This document shows, one piece after another, positions 58,045-64,000 of a stretch of 64,000 nt of DNA. The stretch is from Chrysemys picta bellii (taxonomy: Eukaryota), in contig NC_088800.1 of NCBI RefSeq assembly GCF_011386835.1, positions 37,882,001 through 37,946,000 on the forward strand. Direction: 5' to 3'. Below the pieces are notes generated by a model, which saw only the letters and a program-made list of their open reading frames with translations, had not been told where the DNA came from and did no database searches. The position numbers and the translations under genes are program-made. Position 1 is the first letter of the stretch; every line of letters begins with the position of its first letter.

Positions 58045-60149
58045 CTCTATACCAAGGGCAGAGCATGCTGGCTGTGGCTCATTTGCCTCTGCTGAGACAA
58101 CCCAGGGACAGGAAGTGTGTTTAGACCCTTGGAGGTGGATGTGTCCCATCCCTGCTAGGATACTGCTCTGGAGATGGTACTGAGCAGTGGTTTGTCATGG
58201 GGGAACCTGACAAGCTGTAGCTGTTGCATATGTGGGGGGAAGGGCAGGGGGACACAGATAGATGGAGGGGTCTGGTGGGGAAGATGCAGGAGTGAATCCA
58301 GGGGGGCTGTTTAAGGTCAGCATAGGAGGGAGTCTGTGTGCCAAAGGGTGATGAGGGACCCTGCCAAATGCATATGGAGGGCGGTAATGATTGATTCAAT
58401 CTGATTTCTTCTCTTTGAAGGTGATCTGAAACTCAGTTGTTCCTAGAGCCCATCAATATTCTTCATCAGGGAAAGCAGTACGCATTGGCTTCAGGCAGGC
58501 AGGAGTAAGCAGCCCTTGAGCGGCAGGAAGGAGGGAGTCTCCAGCTGGGAGCCGTATTGACTCCTACAGACTGGCTGTAAAGCAGTGGCCCAGTGGAGGA
58601 GAGCCTAGCAACGTGCCTCTATCACAGCTGCCCAAGGCCACAGATGAGATGAGATTTTCAGTGCTCAGCGACAGGGATCCCCCCGGCTTTAACCCCAGCT
58701 CCCAGGCAACAGGAAAAATAAAGAGGGAGTTGGAGAGGGAGAATGCAGAAATGTTTGGCTGATGTGGCCGAAGCTCCACATCCTACTTCAATCTGCTTCA
58801 GCTACTACTCACAGGAATATATCCACCTGCCCCTGGGTATGTCACAGTGCAGCCCATTCCACCTCCCTCCCACGTGGCCCCTTCTGCTTTGGCCATCCCT
58901 ATTAGGGGTCCCCCCCAGTCCAAATTCGAGTGCCAGCTCCCAAATAAAGCCCAACTCAGAGCTCAGCCCCCCTCATAGACCAGGTAAGAGGTTCTGACCT
59001 TGCTATATGTCACAAAGTCTAGATTATCACAGCACATTCCTCAGGTCCCCTTGGCATAAGGTGAATGGAAGGTCCTTGTACCTGCTTAAAAGTGGTTAGG
59101 CCATGGTCTGGGTGGTCTCCCTGGCTCTGCAGCCTGTGGCTTTGCAAGCATGAAATTTAGGGGGTTCACATCTGAGAGCAGCAGGAGAATCTCATGGCTA
59201 CACCTTCCTCTCCCCAGGGGAAGAGGATGAAATGGACAGCTGGACAGACATATTCGGGTCTGGGATTTCCTCCCATGGGCATGCATCACATCGTACAGCT
59301 CCATTCCACAGGGGAAGGAACTCCAGAACATATTGCAGTTTCATACTCCATTCCAGCTGGACACACCACGAGTCTGTACCATGTGACCAGAGAAATTCAG
59401 TTCATATGATCCCCTGTCCCCATAAGTATATGTGGAGTAGGGGTATCCAGTCTATGGCCCCCAGAGCTCTCAAGGATAGCTCTTGAGGGCCAGTGTGTTA
59501 GGAAGTCAATTTGTATTGGATTATGGATTGAAAATCTCTCCCCTGGAGATTTTAAACTGAAGTCTCCAAGCCAGGCCCATTACTATAGTAGTAGGAGGCT
59601 CCTCAGAGATACAAACTTAGCCAACCTGATGCACTTGGCAACATCTCAGATTCAACCCAAAATCAGCCAGTTGGTGGGACACAAGCAATTCCAATAGTCA
59701 CACCGGGAGGCTGATAAAGCGAGACAATTGCTTTGTATACAGTTTAAGAGAAATAGATGAAGCATTGATCATCCCCCTTTAACCTTCCTGAAATAACACA
59801 TTCTTCCCACAGACTAAAACATTTGTACACCACTCGTCTTGGGCCAGATTTTCAAGAGCGCTCAGGGCATTGCAGCTCTGATTGTTCTCAATAGGAAAGA
59901 CTGAGTGCTAAGCAAATTTGGCCCCTTGGGTCTTTAACAGCTGGGCACAGAAATCCAGTCCAGGTTCTTCCCCTACCAGGGGCTGTACCCAGAATGGATA
60001 AGGTGAGCCAATTGGTACTGAAGAAATGCCCTCCCAACAAAACACTTCAGAGTCCATTTTCAAGGCAGGGCAATGCTGCTTCAGGGAACCCTACTGTTGT
60101 TCTTCTTGGTCCCTATATCTTAAGGATGGCCCACAGAATGAATACATCA

Positions 60150-60285
60150 TACTTAGATTGTAAGCTCTTTGGGCAAGGGACTGTCTTTTTGTTCTGCGTA
60201 CAACACCTTGCACAGCAGGGTCCTGGTCCATGACTTGGAGTCTGAGGTGCTACTACAATGCCAATAATCATCATCATCATTCATA
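60150..60285 (+). mobile_element. L2-like 3' tail with (cat)n end
   Basis: ttagattgtaagctctttgggcaagggactgtc...aataatcatcatcatcat. Confidence 0.7.
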
Positions 60286-60310
60286 TTTTAATTGTTTCGT
60301 GGTTTTAGAT

Positions 60311-60562
60311 TAGAGCAGATTGAAATTTTCCAAATTCAAATTTTCTGATGACATTTTCACCTAGATTTAGTCAAGGGAAAACAGAACAAAAATGCAGTTC
60401 ATTTTCTGGTGAATCTTCTTTGTTATTTTTCAATCACCTGGGCAAAAATTTTCAAATGTTGATGAATTTTTTCATCAAAAGTAGTTTGAATTTTGTTTAA
60501 AAAAATAGTTTTAAAGGACAGAATTTTCTCAGAAATGTTGCCTACATTTTTGACGGCTGGTG
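60311..60562. mobile_element. AT-rich hAT-like MITE
   Basis: tagagc start. Perfect 8-bp flanking direct repeat ttttagat (60303-10 and 60563-70). Confidence 0.65.
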
Positions 60563-61352
60563 TTTTAGATTGTGATTTGTGAGTTGTAAAAGGGTTATTT
60601 AATATGCATTAGCTGATTTACATACCTCTGTCCCACCCACTAATGTGAGTATAACCCATAGGAACAGTCACTGGCCCTTTCAACTGCATAAGGCAATCGC
60701 CCTCTCCAGAAAACACCTACAATCCAGCAGCCCCTTTGCGTCAACGTCCCCAGGTGCTTGCTTTGTTCAGTAGAAAAATGCAGTGTGAAAGGTGGGTTTG
60801 TCTGGAGCAGAGACAGTCTATGTCTGAATCAAAGGGAGGATAAAGAATTACAGGCAGCACCGGCTTCACTCCCACATACCCTGCTCTCTCCAACCCCAGA
60901 GTGTCTTTAGATGGCTAATTTATGCAGATAATGAGTGACAGGCGCTGCCAGGGGAAGCAGCTGAAGCTCCAGCAGCACCTGGGGCCTCCTCCCAGCTCTC
61001 AATCTGTTTGCCTGTCACTTAGCAGAGAGGAAAAAACACAGGATGGAGATGGGCGGGGGAGTGGCTGCCAATGCCCACGGTAGCCCTTAGCTTGCTGGGA
61101 ACCACCTGCACAATTAGTCCTGGGGAGGAGGGGATCATCTCATCCATCTTTTGGGGTTTCCCCCCTCCACAAACTCACTTACAATCTCTCCTGATCCTCC
61201 TCTCTCTGTATCTAAAACCAGACACAGCTAGCAGGGTGCTGAACAATGCTCTGATGCAGCAGGCCCAACAGTCCTGTGCTAAATTCACAACTGCCCCATG
61301 AAGGTGACTCAGGGAGCAGTATAGTTGTCGCTGTGTCAGCCCCAGGATGTGA

Positions 61353-61493
61353 GAGAGACAAGGTGGGTGAGACAATATCTTTTATGGGACTGACCAGCTT
61401 CTGTTGGTGAAAGAGACAAGCTAGGCTGGAAAGCTTGTCTCTGTCACCAAAAGAAGTTGGTCCCATGAAAGATATTACCTCACAGACCTTATC
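61353..61493. repeat. Penelope-derived-like palindrome (arms of about 60 bp, 8-9 nt loop)
   Basis: aaggtgggtgag...aatatctttt...cttctgttggtgaaagagacaagct versus agcttgtctctgtcaccaaaagaag...aaagatatt...cctcac...cctt. Confidence 0.7.
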
Positions 61494-62614
61494 GTTCAGG
61501 GAGCCAGTCACTCACAGATTCCAGGAGCACTGCTCACATCTGCAGCCAGCAGCTATGGGCCCCCCCATCAGCAGCCTCCTCGGAGGACATTCTCAGTGTT
61601 CCTACTGTGTGTCATCAACGTCTGAGTGTGAGCTCATCCTCAGCCTCTATCACCAGCTCCCCCAAGAGCATATGACAGCTCCTTCAGGACTGCTGGGGTC
61701 TTAGGTCTGCTCACTGGGGTCTCTGGCTGGCTCCTTCTTTCTCCATTGGCAGGACCTGCGCTGTGTCCTGGAAAAGAGGGTGAATGGAGAGTGTCCCTCC
61801 TTGTTGTAACTCCAAGTTACTTTGAGCAGGTGAAGTAGGTGCAGGGAGAGGTAACTTCCAACATCCCAGTGACTATATGGGTCCCCCCTTGTGGTGATCA
61901 ATGATGCAAGAATTTATGGGTCTCCCTCAAGATACATGATAGGGGTTTGTAACTAAATACCCCATCTTTGCCCAGAATACCCTGCCTGCAACTGCCCATT
62001 TTATCCCCCTCTAAGTCCATGCTCTTAATAAACAGCAACAGGGTCTCTCTAAACTGCAGGCAAATGCATCTCACTCTTTGCACATCTCATGTAGGGCATG
62101 ATCCAAACCCCCCTGGAGTCAATGGGAAGCTTTCCAACCATTTCAATCCACACTGGAGCAGGCACTTCCTGAGCACAGGGGGTTCTAACCTCAACTGTTC
62201 CTAATGTTTACTGATTTCCTGCAGTGATGCATACTTCAGAGAGATACTACCTGTCCTCATCCCCTTCATAACTCACATCGATCTAAGCTTCTGTCAGCTT
62301 TCCAGAGTGAGTTTATGGCTGACAAATTTGGGGGGTCCTCATTATACAGCATGTGAGGTGCTAAGTGGAACAAGAGGCAGATTTGCCGGGAGCAGAAACT
62401 GGAGTGACAAGTATTATACATCTCAGTTTGGAAAGGTTGTGTTCTAAGGAGCCTGCAAAGTTGGTAAGAATGCAGGTGTAGGGACTGCTCACTGGTTGAA
62501 GGCAACAGAAAAGAGGTAGGTGGTAAGTTGCAATTTAAAAAGCAGGGTGAATGACATTGAGGGAGATAGGTGGGTTTTTCCAGGCAGTTGGAGAGTTAGC
62601 AGCAAAGGATCAAC

Positions 62615-62868
62615 TAGAGTTGGGCAAAAAAATGATTTTTCTGGTTACCGGTAATTTCAAAAAGTCAAAAAAAAAATCATTTTGGGTCAAACGAAATATC
62701 AAAGGAGCTACGTACATGAAAAGTCATTTTGAACAAAAAAATTTTAAAATTTTTACTCTTTGGGTTTCTTGAAAATGAACAAACCAGCATGAATTTGTGA
62801 GCCATTTCAGTGCTGCTAACTCTGCATTTTCCAGTGAAAAAAGGGTTTGGTCAATTTTCGCAGCTCTA
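62615..62868. mobile_element. AT-rich hAT-like MITE
   Basis: TIRs tagagttgggcaaaa / ttttcgcagctcta. TSD ggatcaac / ggataaac (7/8). Confidence 0.75.
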
Positions 62869-63734
62869 GGATAAACCTGCAATAGAGAAGACTCCTACAG
62901 GAGATGAGGAGACTGTGGTGAGACTCAGCCAGGCTGTAGGGATAAGCTTCGGGTTGTAGAAATATTGTAATCTGAGAAGCCTTCATTGGCAGGCCTACTG
63001 GCTGTGAAAATGGTGGGCCTCACAGGCCTTCTGGACAAACAGAGACAGGTCAGGTCACATAGGAAGGATTACGAGAGTAGTCCTGGAAGCCCCATTTACA
63101 TATTATGAAGGAAGGTTAAGCTCAAGGCCTCTATCAGAGCTTTCTCTGAAATGTTACTGTTTCCCCACACAGGGCCAACTAGACAGGGAGAGCTTCAAGA
63201 TCTGAATTCACTATGAGAAGACTGTGTAGAGAGGAAGCATTTATGAGGCAGTGGGTCCTTTGGCTGGAAGGGAGAGCCAATATAGAAAAGATGGGGCATA
63301 TTAATACATCATTAGTGAGAGCTGAGAGGGTCCAGGAAGCAGGAATTGCTCTGGCTGGCTTCACCATAACATGCTGGGTTATAAATCAAGGCACCCTACA
63401 GAGAGCCCTGGCATGAAGCAAGAAAAAACTGCTGTGGATTTGAGGAAGGAGCTTAGCAACCTGTCTCCTTCCTTTCTCCCTGACGCCAGTTTTGTTCCTT
63501 AAAAAAAGAACAGCATGAGAATTGAAATGAGCAAAGCCCAGAATACTGTCAGAAGGGGAATTGGTGCCAAGATTATGAGCCAACGGCTAGTAAAAAGCTC
63601 CTCCTCCTCCCCGCTGCATGCTTGGAGCAGCTAGTCTGAGACAGGGAACTGAATCTATTTACAGACAAATAGTTTGTTAAAAAAAGAGTTAAGGTTGAAA
63701 GCATGTTTCAATGATGTCCAGCCCACATCATTAT

Positions 63735-63955
63735 TAACAACGCCTAGCTCTTATCTAGCACTTTTCACCAATAGATCTCAAAAGGCTTTACAAGGAGGTC
63801 AGTATCTTTATTCCCATTTTACATATGGGGAAACTGAGGCACTGAGTAAAACAGCAACTTGCTTAAGGTCACCCAGCAGGCCCATGGCAGAGCCTGGAAC
63901 AGACCTCAGGTTTCCCAAGTCTGTGTAGTGCTCTAACCACTGAGCCACACTGCTC
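63735..63955 (-). mobile_element. MIR/CORE-SINE, near full length
   Basis: cccattttacatatggggaaactgaggcac...aaggtcacccagc...gtgctctaaccactgagccacactgc. Confidence 0.88.
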
Positions 63956-64000
63956 CTTTGTGTGTAAAGATTCGACAACCATAAAACAACCAAATATTTC

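Noticed and set aside
59215-59260. EEDEMDSW after an acceptor, resembling a PH-domain terminal helix
   Set aside because: Too short, with no convincing donor or neighbouring exons.
62880-63330. Possible decayed L2-like LINE
   Set aside because: Only compositional resemblance; I could not align diagnostic motifs.
1-64000. Most ORFs in the six-frame track
   Set aside because: They are short, overlap on both strands, lack recognisable domains and often lie inside repeats, as expected by chance in vertebrate non-coding DNA.
1-64000. CRISPR arrays, rRNA, true tRNA, snRNA or known miRNA genes
   Set aside because: None seen. The 5S-like and tRNA-like stretches are degenerate SINE heads. Partial miRNA-like seeds (for example tagcagcac at about 28655 and tgaggtag at about 22146) do not continue as the mature sequences.

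Overview
Vertebrate nuclear DNA, very probably from a turtle (Testudines). The evidence is a tortoise-type tRNA/CR1 SINE, several CR1 LINE 3' ends of the turtle type, AmnSINE1-, LF-SINE- and MIR-like ancient SINEs, a Penelope-type fragment, and many hAT, mariner and Harbinger-like MITEs. Family names come from remembered consensus sequences, not from a database search. The window is repeat-dense intronic or intergenic sequence with no prokaryotic features (no operons, CRISPR, rRNA or true tRNA genes). The only proteins I can recognise are TE remnants: CR1 ORF2 and a frameshifted hAT (Tip100/ZMYM-like) transposase. No host gene can be named. Two spliceable, phase-compatible exon candidates (3336-3521 and 4319-4431, + strand) could form the C-terminus of an unidentified membrane- or GPI-anchored protein. 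A few weaker exon candidates and many enhancer-like non-repeat blocks are also present. The most notable structures are a minimal hammerhead-ribozyme-like motif (2943-2982), a near-perfect 89-bp inverted duplication around a CR1 end (12745-13101), a young fold-back hAT element that carries the window's main CpG-island-like stretch (20056-20954), and a multi-layer nested TE stack (40010-44314). I did not find a convincing new biological system.
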